Below are positions 1 through 10,839 of a stretch of 64,000 nt of DNA, piece by piece. How positions within the stretch are numbered: the first letter of the stretch is position 1; the number at the start of each line of letters is the position of its first letter. A model generated the notes under the pieces. It was not told the origin of the DNA and searched no databases. It saw only the letters and a list, made by a program, of their open reading frames with translations. A program made the position numbers and the translations under genes. The DNA comes from Ginglymostoma cirratum. Its lineage: Eukaryota. The stretch covers positions 19,055,664-19,119,663 of the forward strand of contig JAHRHZ010000267.1 in NCBI GenBank assembly GCA_024137785.1, given 5' to 3'.

Positions 1-27
1 GATAGGGCAAATAGGTTACTTCTTGTA

Positions 28-140
28 ATCACAAAACACCAGGTTATAGTCCAACAGGTTTATTTGAAAATGCAAGCTTTCAGGGCCTTACTCCTCCAAA
101 AGCTTGTCCATCCCAGTCCAACACTGACACCTTCACATCA
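28..140. mobile_element. Short Penelope-derived terminal repeat relic (collapsed fold-back type)
   Basis: Sequence aacaccaggttatagtccaacaggtttattt...cccagtccaacactgacacc resembles an abundant shark PLE terminal repeat; its centre is deleted. Confidence 0.5.
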
Positions 141-914
141 TGATTTCGTGCAATGCCTGTATTGGAAGCTTTGGTGCACACATTAGAAGATGAGAAGCAT
201 TGAGACAACTGTAGATTTTGTTCATCAGGGCTTATGCCTGTGATGAAGGGAAGAAGACAAGAATATCGCTAAATTCTGAATAGTTGAGGTAAAGAATTGG
301 AAAGGCTGCGTACCTTAGAGAAGAAGTGAAAGGATACAGAACTATCAAATAGAGGGGACAAGGAGAGGGAAAGAAAATAAATAGCTTGTTAAATCCTGAT
401 TAAACCACAATCTGTGTAAACAACACCAGAGAGCTCCTTTCAAATTTGAACAAATACCTCCATTTGTCTGCTGTGAAACCATTACAGCCTCAGCCTGGAG
501 GTATGAAATTTCAAAGTATTATGTGACACTGAGCTCAGCTTTATCTGTCCTAGTAACCAAGGTTGTTACCTGATCAGTCAACAAGTAATCAATTATTTCT
601 GTTTATGCCTCATTCTCCGAAAATAACTCTTTTCCTTTCACAGTTGGTCTTCTCTAATATTTATTGTTCTAATCTTGCACTTTTGTTATTCACTGATTCC
701 AAAAGCTTGATTACTGGGGCTTTAATTGAGCTGAAACAATTGGGTGGAAAAAATAGTGACAAAGTCAAGTGTCCAAACATTTGCCTCTGTTCCTGGGATC
801 AGAAATTTTCCCAAGGGCAGGTGGAATGTGGGCCTGAAAACTCACTGGTATTCCTAAACAGGACAATTAATCTCATTGAGGGTGAAGCAAGTTTTTTTTT
901 TAAAATGAGGGTGG

Positions 915-1525
915 TATGGGGAAACGAAGTGTAGACTTGGCGACTGCTTTGCAGAACATCTATGTTCTGCTCGCAAAAAAGACCCTGAACTACCTGTTGC
1001 CTGCGACTTTAATGCACCGCCCTGCTCCCTGGCCAACATCTCTGTCTCTGGCTTGCTGCAGTGTTCCAGTGAAGCCCAACGCAAGCTGGAGGAACAACAC
1101 CTCATTTTCCACTTGGGGACCCTATAGCCCTCTGGACTCAATATTGAGTTCAATAATTTTAGGGCCTAAACTCTCCCATGTCCTAGCCCCCTACCCCACA
1201 TCCGAGGCCTTGTTACCACATAGCCTGCCATTACACACCCCCTGTTGTTAGTCACTAACAGTCCCCATTAACAACTATTCACCCTCCCAGCCTGATCGTT
1301 AGCAACTCCTTTGTCTGTCCAACTGTCTTTCACTCTCTTTGGGCCCTATCCTATTGTTTACTCCCTACCTCACCCACCTCCCTATTTTCTGCATATAAAT
1401 TGACGTTTTCCCAGCTATCATCAGTTCTGAGGAAGGGTCACCGGACCCAAAATGTTAACTCTGTTTTTTCCTTCACAGATGCTACCAGACCTGCTGAGCT
1501 TTTCCAGCAACTTTGTTTTTGTACC
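915..1525 (+). mobile_element. Penelope-like element 3' fragment (GIY-YIG endonuclease C-terminus plus pLTR)
   Basis: Translates as GETKCRLGDCFAEHLCSARKKDPELPVACDFN...QRKLEEQHLIFHLGTL*PSGLNIEF; followed by a pyrimidine-rich UTR and a hammerhead-like terminus. Confidence 0.85.
1423..1460 (+). ncRNA. Minimal hammerhead ribozyme motif in the PLE terminus (CpG-decayed)
   Basis: AGTT-CTGAGGA-A-GGGTC-accg-GACCC-aaaa-tgtt-AACT: stem I AGTT/AACT and stem II GGGTC/GACCC are intact; the usual CGAAACGTT reads CAAAATGTT. Confidence 0.6.
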
Positions 1526-1527
1526 TA

Positions 1528-1720
1528 AAATGCACTGCCTGGGGAAGCTGGTAGAAGCAGATATAATAGCAGCATTTAAGAGGCATTTAGACAGATATGT
1601 GAGCAGGCAGGCAATAGAGGGATATGGAGTATGTGCAGGCAGTTGGGAATAATATAGAATGGCAACATGGCTAGTGCAGACATGGTGGGCCAAAAGGCCT
1701 GTCCTGTGCAGTTATAGTTC
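1528..1720 (+). mobile_element. CR1 (HER1-type) LINE 3' tail fragment
   Basis: Contains gcatttaagaggcatttagacagatat...gggatatgga...atggtgggccaaaaggcctgt, the CR1 3' end pattern seen repeatedly in this window. Confidence 0.75.
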
Positions 1721-2931
1721 AATATGTGTATAGTTCAACGTCCTATATTAGCCCAGATGTTGATGAATCTGTGACTGCAATATATCAGAAGCTCTAATAA
1801 AGGTCAACCACTGTTGCCTTGAACACCTTCAGTTCCTTCTCATTCTGTTTTTTCCCTTCCAGTCCATCTTTTTCGCTTTATCTGGAACTCTCTGTTACCA
1901 AGTTGGCCTTCACAAATTGAACCCATCTCACCACCACCTTGATTTCTTAAGGCTAACCTTTTTGATTGTGGTTCTGCTTGATTTTAGCTCTTTTTTTTTC
2001 CCCCTTTCATTGACACTTGGTGTCCATTTGCTAGGAATCCACTGCTCTGCAAACTGCTCTGAAATATGCCTTTGAGCATACAAATCCTAAGGCTTTGCTT
2101 TCCGGTAGTTATTATGATTCTGCCTGTACCCATGAAGGAGGAAATTGAACGAATGGAAGTGAAAAAGACAGGATTTATGGTTTTCACCTCGAAAGAAAGA
2201 TGAGGGTTTTGTTCCTTGAAGATGGTTGACACAAGGAAGTAGACATTTATCAAGGCGTTGTTGTCAGTCGCAAACAAATAGTGTTTGCTTTTCATTATTC
2301 TTAACTTTGCTCAAAGAATTGCTCTATGCTTTTATGTTGCTATTTTGGGTGGTTGGACATTCTAAACAGCAGGATGTTTCCACAGGGGATCTGGAACCTA
2401 TAAGAACAAGGCTACAGAGAGAAAAAAAAACTCTTTCACCAAGCAAATTAAGAATCCTTGCTGAAACACAGATTCCAAACCAGAAGATATAATTCAGAAT
2501 ATTTGATTCCATATAAAGGCCTGCACAGAAAGATAAATAAAGAGAAATTGACTAAGAGAGATAAGAAATAAAATAAAGATAATGTATCCACGCGTCAATA
2601 TTTTAACACTCTATAATAAGTCTGAGGGAATGAGAACCCATATTGGTAAAATAATTTTCCAGTACCTGAATTATTTTGTCACTGCTTAAAACTTACAATG
2701 CCAGTAATTGAAACTTGTGGAAAAAAGACAGATTTTGTTGAAGCTTTTTGTCTTGTACTTATAATGGCAATTTTCAAGAGTACCAGGATGAAAGGAAAGA
2801 ACATTTTTATAGTGTATGAGTGGAGAATGCTGATTGATTTGTGAGTGAATTCTGATTGGTAGAAACATTACCATGGAGAACGCACCAGCCCGATGATAAC
2901 TGCCAGTTAAATACCAAGCTTTGTACAAATC

Positions 2932-3894
2932 TGAATTGAATTGTCTTAGCTTTATGCTCACATGTACTCAAATGAGTACAGTGAAAAGTTTACAGTTGCT
3001 GCTTTACAGTGCCATCTTAGGTACAAAGGTAACTAAGTATAGATACTTAAGATCAAATTCTTAGGAAACAAAATAAAATTAGAAATTTAAAGAAATAAAG
3101 AGTCCAGCATTATAGCTTATAGGAATAAATTGGAAAAAAAAGAAATAAAAAGTTCAGACTATCAGTCTTTCCAACCCAGTCCATGCTGGCACCTAGCCTC
3201 AAGAAAGATCTTCACCATTGCACTACCACCTGCGCTGGACTCACCAACAAAGAAGTTGCCCACTTTAGGCGCCACCTGTTTTCCACTGGGCCCATTTTGC
3301 TGATGCCGCTAAACCCACACTACCCTATAACCGAGAGTCCCTGGCTCTGCTGCCAGGCCAGGTGGCTGCCCAGCCACAAGTTGCACTTTGGCTGCAGATA
3401 TCACTCTTCCATTGCCGCCATCTTGAAGATTCCGCTGCCACTGACACTGTCGTCCCTGATCACTGGAAGAGCATTCCTGCCACTGTCACTGACACTGAAT
3501 GCTGGGAGAATGACCTCACTGCCGCTGTCACTGACCCTGAATGCTGGGAGAATGACCTCACTGCTGCTGTCACTGGTCCCGAATGCTGGGAAAATGATCT
3601 CACTGCCGCTGTCAATGGCCCTGAATGCCGGGAGAATGACCTCACTTCCGCTGACACTGTCTCCAATTGTCGGGAGAAGCCACATCTGCCACTCCACATG
3701 CGACCCCCTCCTGCTGCTGGGCCGGTGCTATTGACCAACCCACCACTGAAAAGAAGAATAAAAGACAAAAGAAAGGGGAAAAAAAGTGAAAGAAAAGAGT
3801 GGAAGCAAAAGTAAAACAAAGAGGAAAGCAGATTGGACCGGATGGTCTCTAGGCAAGAGCCTATACATAGTTCTGTTACTCCGCTGCCATCTTG
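2932..3894 (-). mobile_element. Non-autonomous retroelement with a Rex1-type 3' tail and an internal 42-bp minisatellite
   Basis: On the minus strand it starts caagatggcagcgg and ends ttttcactgtactcatttgagtacatgtgagcataaa...(aattc)n, similar to the Rex1 tail at 35305-35350. It is nested inside a PLE. Confidence 0.6.
3435..3680. repeat. 42-bp tandem repeat, about 5-6 units
   Basis: Unit ctgccgctgtcactgaccctgaatgctgggagaatgacctca starts at 3477, 3519, 3561 and 3603, with diverged flanking units. It explains the repetitive ORFs on both strands. Confidence 0.9.
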
Positions 3895-5547
3895 CACCAA
3901 ACATTTATCCAAGCAGGTTGACTCTGATTGGTCAAGACATTGCCCTGAAGTAAGAACTAGAAAATGGTTTTGCCAGTTTAAACAGGCACAATATGTTACA
4001 TCTTCTTTCAGTCTGCAAATAAAAAGGTCTTGTGTATTAATCCATGTAACTGCCAGTATCCACAAGTATACTATGCTGTGACCCCGACTGAAAATCTTAA
4101 ATTGGTTGTCAGCATAATTCTTAGTAAGATTATTTTGTAATTATTATTTAATCATGTAATTTTATGTAATGTTGGACATTGTGTTTAGACTTGTACAAAC
4201 ACAGTCCTGGATGGGGGAAGGTGGAAGCCTGGGCGGTTGGGGAGGTGGGGGTGGGGTTGTGGAGGGTGGTCAGTAACTTGCCTGTTGCAAATATCATAAG
4301 GAACATGTTGCATAACACATTCCAACAGTTTTTGAGATGTTTTGTTGATATACCTAGTATCACACTGACACTGAAATTTACATATCATGTTACTCATTTG
4401 TCTGACAGGTAACTTGGTAGTTAACTGTCAGTCATTAACTAACTGCTGCATTCTCCATAGCAACATTTCTGTTAATCCAAGTCCACCTGCTAACCAATAC
4501 GCATGCTCTGCTCATGCTTTATAAAAATATTGTTCCCCTTACATCGGTATTCTTACGAATTGTCCTGATGAATAAAATAAAAAAAGTCTCAACAGGATTG
4601 TCATTCTTCAGTAATTCTTATAATGCTATTAAAAATCATTTACTGTTGAATGGATAATCCCCAACAATTTTTTTCTGGTATGATAAGCAGATGTTTAATG
4701 AGTAAGCAACATGAATTTCTATATTAGACAGCAAATCTCTGGACTAATTATCAGAAGAGCAAAGTTTCTGAAGAAACCAGACTCAGACAACAGCCTCCTG
4801 ATTTCCATGTTTGATTCTTTGTGTGGACAACAGAAATTAGTGCATGGTTTATTCCTTAAGAAAGATGAGCACTTATGACTTCAACAGTAATTTTACTGCT
4901 GGAGCCAGGCTCATGTCAATGAAAATTCGATGTTCATTTATTTCTGAACAATAAGCAAAACTCTGAAATGCCTCTGTTATTACACTTGCGCTATTTAGTT
5001 CATTTATATTTATGATGTCAAATAAAACAATTGAAAGATCTGGAACAATAGAAAGCTTCTGAGGTATAAAGCAACTGAATTTCCAAATGTTTTTGCTGCA
5101 GCTCATACCTTGAAAAATTAGTTGACTCTTTGACTTGATAATAGGTCCCCCAGCCAGAAGGTTAAGTACATGTTATGTAAACAAATAAAAAAGTCATCCG
5201 GCAGTTAACAAATTTGCAAACACATGGTATTCATTTTGTAGACAGTTCCATTACCATGGCGATTACTGTACAAATTACCCCTTGTGCATTTGCTACATCC
5301 TTTGAGGAGCTCAAAGAACCCAGTAAATCTTGTTGCAAAGGTGATGGTGATGTGGACAAGTTAGGTTTTACTACAAATACTTATACCTCAGCATATATTC
5401 TCTTGTTGCCTCTCAAATATTCTAAAGACACTTTGATTATTTTATTATGGATAGAAAAAATTCCCCAGGTTTTCTTACTCTGTGAGACAAAGGGCAGCAT
5501 TTCAATCTTAGTTTTATTAAAACACTCACAAGTTAAAGAAAACAATT

Positions 5548-6535
5548 TGATATAAAGTGGAGGTTGCACTCGTCCCCCGAGAAGTAAAATGGAATCACCT
5601 CAAGAAGAGTTCCTCGCCCTATAATGTGTAAAAGGAGTGTGAAAAGTAATGGAACCTGCTTTTCACCAACTCCTAGTGGTGAAACAAAATAAATTCCTGA
5701 AACTCACTTTAAAATCAACAAGTTACAATTTATTTATCTAACTGCAACAGTGAACAAATTAACGGAACTATTAACAAACTGAACAAACCCCTTCCAACTA
5801 CTAACTGTTTCTGAATGAAACAAAATTCTAACAGTATGCTGTTCCATTAAAAACAAGTCCCACTAGTATACAGTAAAAAAAAAATCTAGTCTCTCGAAAT
5901 TACAGCCAGGTTATGTGTCTTCTGGAATGGTCTGTGCCTTCTCCATCAATTCTGCTGCCAGGATTACCTTCTCCTTCAATTTTCTGTCAGGAATTTAACT
6001 AGTTACGCCATGGATGACATTATTATTTAGATGGTGCTTTCTTTACGACATAGAGGAGCAATTCTCTTTTGAGAACTGAGGGCTGTTAGGTCTGGCATAT
6101 GGCATTTAGCTCTGGGGCTTTATCCAACTGCCCTCTTCCTCTTATAACCTTGATGACATTTCAATGTTTCTTACAATAGAGTTGGTCCTATGTTGTCAAA
6201 ACCATCAGATTTAAATTTGATAGGTTTTTGATATTTAAGGGCCTTGTTCATATTGATTGGCTAAATTGAAAAACTTGTTGTCTTGTTAAAATCTGCTGGC
6301 TTGGCCTGTTAATTGTACGGCCTTTCGATACACATGTTTCAATTTGGGTGCTTTCCGTGTTCTTGCAAACTTTCAAGCTGCTGCTCACAGACATTCATTT
6401 TAAATCCCTAAGCATAGAAAAAGCACATCATCTTTTAAAGGGACCAGACAATGCTTCCCCACCTAGCATTTAACAGATGCCAAATTCTAACTTCCGGCCT
6501 CCCAATCCAGAAGCATTCTCCCCAGATTTGCAACA
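5548..6535 (-). repeat. 3' LTR of the Gmr1-like element
   Basis: Runs tgatataaagtgg...ttgcaaca, collinear with 10840-11816; minus-strand termini are TG...CA. Confidence 0.9.
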
Positions 6536-6547
6536 CCTCTCCCTTAA
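6536..6547 (-). promoter_or_regulatory. Polypurine tract
   Basis: Minus-strand aagggagagg directly precedes the TGTTGCAA start of the 3' LTR. Confidence 0.8.
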
Positions 6548-6729
6548 GAATAAAATCAAACATCATTGTGAAAAGATAGCATCATTTCTTCTCAACGTTT
6601 TCTTTTTAAAACCATAATTCCATTATCTCATTAATCCAGAGGTACACATTTTATACTAATCCTATTTATATAATATTGAACACTTCTGTTTCTATGTTGT
6701 ATAAGCATTTTTCTTTTAAACTCACTATA

Positions 6730-7990
6730 AAGCATCTACAATAATATTTTCATGACCTGCAACATGTACAATCTGTAAATTAAATGCTTGTAACTTCAGA
6801 CTCCAACAAAATAATCTGGTGTTCTTGTCAGTAAATTTTTCCGCAAATGTCAAAGGATTGTGTTTGGTAATTCTTTTTCAATGGTTGAATACTTTTGCCA
6901 GTGGATATTGAGTTTTTTTTCTGAAAAATTACCAATTGGCCTTTCAATTCCACGACCATCCTCCTGTAATGACACAGCTCTAATACCGATATCACTTGCG
7001 TCGATGGTGATTTTGAAGGTTTCAATAAATTTGGTGCGGCTAAAACTGGTGTGGTGAGTAACACTGCTTTTAAGTTGTCAAATGCCTCCTGGTATTGTTC
7101 TGTCCCCCGAAATTTTGTGTTCTTTTTTAACAAATCCGTCATCAGTGCCATGACACTGTTTGCTACAGATTTCCTGTAGAATCCACTCAATTCTGAAACT
7201 CATAGCAGTTCCTTCTTCGATGATGGTCTTGGAAATTCCTCAATGGCCTTCGCCTTCATGTTCGTCACTGTCATCCGTCCATATCCAACGCTGTGCCCTA
7301 ATAATGTCACTTACACTTGTGCAAATTCTCTCTTTGCCAAGTTTATGACCAACTTTGTCTTTGGTAGTCTCTCAAAGAGCTCTACCAAATGTTACATCTG
7401 ATCTTTCCATGAATGGCTAAAGATCACTAAGTCTTCTATGTAGATGGCACAATTAGTCAATCCTGCAACAATTCTGTTCATAAGCATTTGAAAAGTGGCT
7501 GGTCCATTTTTCATTCCAAAAGATGTTGCTTTAAATTGATATAGCACTTTTGGGGTTCCAAAAGTAGAAACTTCTTTTGCTCTTTCCGGCAAAGATACTT
7601 GCCAGTAACCACAAAGTAAGTTCAAATTTGTGATATAAGTGGCTTGTCCTACTTTTCCCACGCTGTCCTCCAGCCTTGGAATTGGGTATGACTCAGATTT
7701 GGTCACAACATTGACTTTCCAATAATCCACACAGAATCGTTGAGTACCATCAGATTTGGGAATCAACATGGTAGCTGAACTCCACTCACTTTGACTCAGC
7801 TCTATTCTGTCTTCTTGGAGCACCGCTTCCACTTCCTTCTGAACCTGCTCTGCTTTCAGAGGATTAAGCCTGTAAGGGTATTGTTTTATTGCAACAGCAT
7901 TCCCTATGTCAACCTCATGTACTAGGGCATGATATCTCCCCATTCTACTTCTACATAGGTCCTCATAGCACTGCAACAAGTATTTCACTT
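6730..7990 (-). pseudogene. Gypsy pol reverse transcriptase and RNase H, frameshifted
   Basis: ORF 7392-7988 contains KQYPYRLNP...QRFCVDYWKVN...YPIPRLED...GYWQV...FGMKNGPATFQ...IYIEDLVIFS. ORF 6828-7190 contains GFYRK...AFDNLKAVLLTTPVLAAP. Confidence 0.9.
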
Positions 7991-8149
7991 CAGTTCTCTG
8001 TTTCTAGGAGAGATAACTCACTACCCTATCCCATTCCTCAAGGACTTCCTCATTATTCAATTTATTCTGAGGCAATTCAAAATTCAAATCATCTGGATTT
8101 GATTCCTCACTCTGAGTGGCAGTAACTAATACCTGCTTCTTCCATTCCC

Positions 8150-9459
8150 TTTCCCTGTCATAGTAAGATTTCAGCATGTTCACATGACGTGCTCGATCTT
8201 TTTTTTCCTATCTGGCATCTTTACCAGATAATTCTCCTGACTTAACTTCTTCTCAATCTGATAGGAACCAATAAACCTTGCTTTGAAGTGATCTCCTACC
8301 ATTGGTAACAACAATAATACTTTATCCCCACGGGCGAATGTAAGAATTTTAGATTTCTTATCTGCTTCTTGTTTCATTAGGTGCTGTGCCACCCTCAAAT
8401 GTTGCCCAGCTAATTCGCTTACACTGCTTAATCTTTTGATCACCTCAGATACATAATCCAACTATGAGATCTCTGACTTTGGACCTATCAACTTTCCCTT
8501 AATTCATTTTAAAGGCCATGTTACTTTATGCCTGGATATCAACTCAAATGGAGTAAACTGACTCAACTCATTTGGAGCATTTCTAACAGCAAATAATATA
8601 AATGGGGTACCTTTATCCTAATAATTTGAGTAATCCTGGCAATGACCTTTCAGCATGGTCTTTAGGGTCTCAAGCCACCTTTCCAATGCTCACTGGGATT
8701 CAGGATGGTGCAGTCTTGATTTAAAGTGTTTGATGCCTAAACTATCCTGACTTCCTTAAATAATTTGGGAGTAAAATTGGAGCCTTGGTCTCATTGAATC
8801 TCCCTGGGTCATCCATAATGTGTAAAGAAAGCAAGCAACTCCTCCACAACCTTTTTTGCCTTGACATTCTGTAATGGAATTGGCTCCAGAAACCTGGTTG
8901 ACACATCCATTATGATTAGCAAGTATTGGTTCCCACTTCTGCTTTTAGGGAGGGGACCGGTATGTTCAATTATAACATGTGTAAAAGCTTCTTCAAATGT
9001 GGGAATTGGCATCAAAGGCACTGGTTTTATCTCTGCTTGTGGCTTTCCTACCATCTGACAAGTATGAAAGGTACTGCAAAATTCAACCACATCTTTATAT
9101 AATCCAGGCTATTGAAAATGTTTCTGTATCTTAGCCTGAGTCTTCCTCACTCCTAGATGACGTCTTTCAGGTAATTCATGTGCTACCTGCAATACTTCCT
9201 GTCTGTATTCTACCAGCAACACAATCTGGTGAACTTTTGCCCATTTCTCATCTGCACTAACCTGCCAAGGGCTCCAGTTCTGCCTTAAGATTTTATCCTT
9301 AAGGTAGTAACATTCTGAAATACATTCTGATTCATTTTCTGAGTAGGCTGTATGAGATAAATCCTTTATCATCTCATCTTTTTGTTGTAGCTTCATGAGT
9401 CTTTTAGAACTAAACACCTCTGCCTGATTGTCTACCTGCTCGGGTTTCTCGTTTACCAT
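8150..9459 (-). pseudogene. Gypsy pol integrase (zinc-binding region, catalytic core, GPY/F-like motif), upstream of RT
   Basis: Motifs VAHELP..HLGVRKTQAKI, FCSTFHTCQMVGKP, GPLPKSRSGNQYLLIIMDVSTRFLEPIPL and ARFIGSYQIEKKLSQENYLV. Confidence 0.9.
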
Positions 9460-9460
9460 A

Positions 9461-9973
9461 GGTCAGGCTGTCTCCTCTCCCCCTATCTTCTCCTCTATCC
9501 ATCTTCTATCCGCCTCCCCCTCTTTCCCCATTTATTTCAGAACCCCCTTCCCCTCCCCCATTTCTGAAGAAGGGTCTCGGCCTGAAATGTCAGCCTCTCT
9601 ACTTTGAGTGCCTACTAATTGGCACCAGAAGCGTACAGACAATGGTTCAGAAATGTAAGAAAGGAACCAAGTAAGACTTATATCAAGTTTGAAAAAATTA
9701 AACAGAGCAACTTCGATAGATGGGTAAGAGCAATAAAGATAGAAAAGAAAAATGAGAAGTTGGTCTGCTGGAGGAGTTTAAAAGCTTGCTATCCGCCTCC
9801 CCCTCTCTCCCTATTTATTTCAGAACCCCCTTCCCCTCCCCCGTTTCTGAAGAAGGGTCTAGACCCGAAACGTCAGCCTTCCTGCTTCTCTGATGCTGCT
9901 TGGCCTGCTATGTTCATCTAGCTCTACACCTTGTTATCTCAGATTCTCCAGCATCTGCAGTTCCTACTACCTC
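9461..9973 (+). mobile_element. Penelope-derived insertion: two tandem pLTR pieces with hammerhead cores flanking captured gag DNA
   Basis: 91-bp direct repeats at 9506-9596 and 9789-9879. Hammerhead cores at 9564-9591 and 9847-9874. PLE terminus agattctccagcatctgcagttcc ends near 9973. Confidence 0.8.
9603..9790 (+). pseudogene. Inverted gag segment encoding a SCAN-like capsid region
   Basis: Reads LSAY*LAPEAYRQWFRNVRKEPSKTYIKFEKIKQSNFDRWVRA...(frameshift)LLEEFKS, the direct continuation of the minus-strand gag that breaks at VKQAILSA (9975). Confidence 0.8.
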
Positions 9974-9974
9974 A

Positions 9975-10658
9975 GGCACTCAAAATAGCCTGTTTTACTT
10001 CTTCATCTTCTCCATACACCTCCTCTGACAGCACTGCCAACACTTCACTAGCCCTGCCTGCCAACTTGTTCTGAATTAACATAACCCACACACTCCCTGT
10101 CCAGTTCATCTGTTTAGCCAATCTCTCAAAAGAGATGAAAATGGCTTTTACATTCTGTTCGTTAAATTTTGGTAACGTTTAGACAGATTTCTATATATCC
10201 CTACCAGGTCTTTGGCTACAATGGGTTTTCTCATCATCATCATCCTCCTCGCCAAGCCTACCTTCTACCTTCACCTCCACCCTTTGCTGTCTAATTGCCC
10301 ACTTCTGAAGTTCAAACTCTCTCTTTTTCCCTTTCCTCTGTTGTTAACCTTAATTCAAACTATTTCAATTCTGTTTCTTTACTTTTTGACTCCAACCTTT
10401 TAATTGCACTTTTTAACTACAATTGTCTCATTTGCAATTTTTTTTTTTACTCCACTACACTTGACTGTTTCTCTGATATACCTAAATGTTTGACTAGCTC
10501 CGTTACAATTTCAGCTTTCTTATTATCTGTAGTTAAATCCAATTTTAGCCTACTTGCTAATTCTAAAGTGTCACCTTTTCCTGTCTTTATAAACTTTCTT
10601 GGCAAATTTGGGAAGCATTTTCAACCCCCAGAGCCTTGTTAGCAATGTTAAAAGCCAT
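9975..10658 (-). pseudogene. Gmr1-like gag N-terminal part
   Basis: ATG at 10658. Translation includes LPKFNEQNVKAIFISFERLAKQMNWTGSVWVMLIQNKLAGRASEV...EEVKQAILSA, with stops and frameshifts. Confidence 0.8.
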
Positions 10659-10814
10659 TTCCTCACTATTGATTAAACCAACAACAAACAACCGTAATTA
10701 AACAGATTTTTCCACTTCTCACTTAAGTTTCATTTAAAGATTTAGGACACTAGTCCCCAAGTCTGTTAAATTTGCTGGGACGTTCTGCACCCTAAATCTG
10801 TTCAAGTCAGTCCA

Positions 10815-10836
10815 ATTCCTGGATGATGACCTCCCA
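10815..10836 (-). promoter_or_regulatory. Degenerate primer-binding site (tRNA-Pro-like)
   Basis: Minus-strand tgggaggtcatcatccaggaat begins 3 nt after the 5' LTR and resembles tgggggctcgtccgggat. Confidence 0.55.
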
Positions 10837-10839
10837 CTC

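Larger units (their letters stand above)
2700..4620 (-). mobile_element. Penelope-like element relic (second family), interrupted by the 2932-3894 insertion, with an inverted terminal copy at ~4400-4620
   Basis: Minus ORF 4185-4397 reads SNMICKFQCQCDTRYINKTSQKLLECVMQHVP (GIY-YIG N-terminus). 3900-4130 is homologous to 51990-52340. Terminal-repeat sequence occurs at 2780-2930 (minus) and 4400-4600 (plus). Confidence 0.7.

Noticed and set aside
1984-2520. Short ORFs and acceptor-like sites in unique-looking sequence (also 4873-5390)
   Set aside because: No recognisable domain and conflicting strands; consistent with chance.
3183-4065. Four overlapping ORFs of 98-201 aa with repetitive peptides
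   Set aside because: Produced by a stop-free 42-bp tandem repeat inside a retroelement; not a gene, and not a CRISPR array since there are no unique spacers.
9619-9921. 100-aa ORF as a domesticated SCAN gene
   Set aside because: It starts at TTG directly after an in-frame stop, frameshifts before LLEEFK and runs into PLE repeat sequence.
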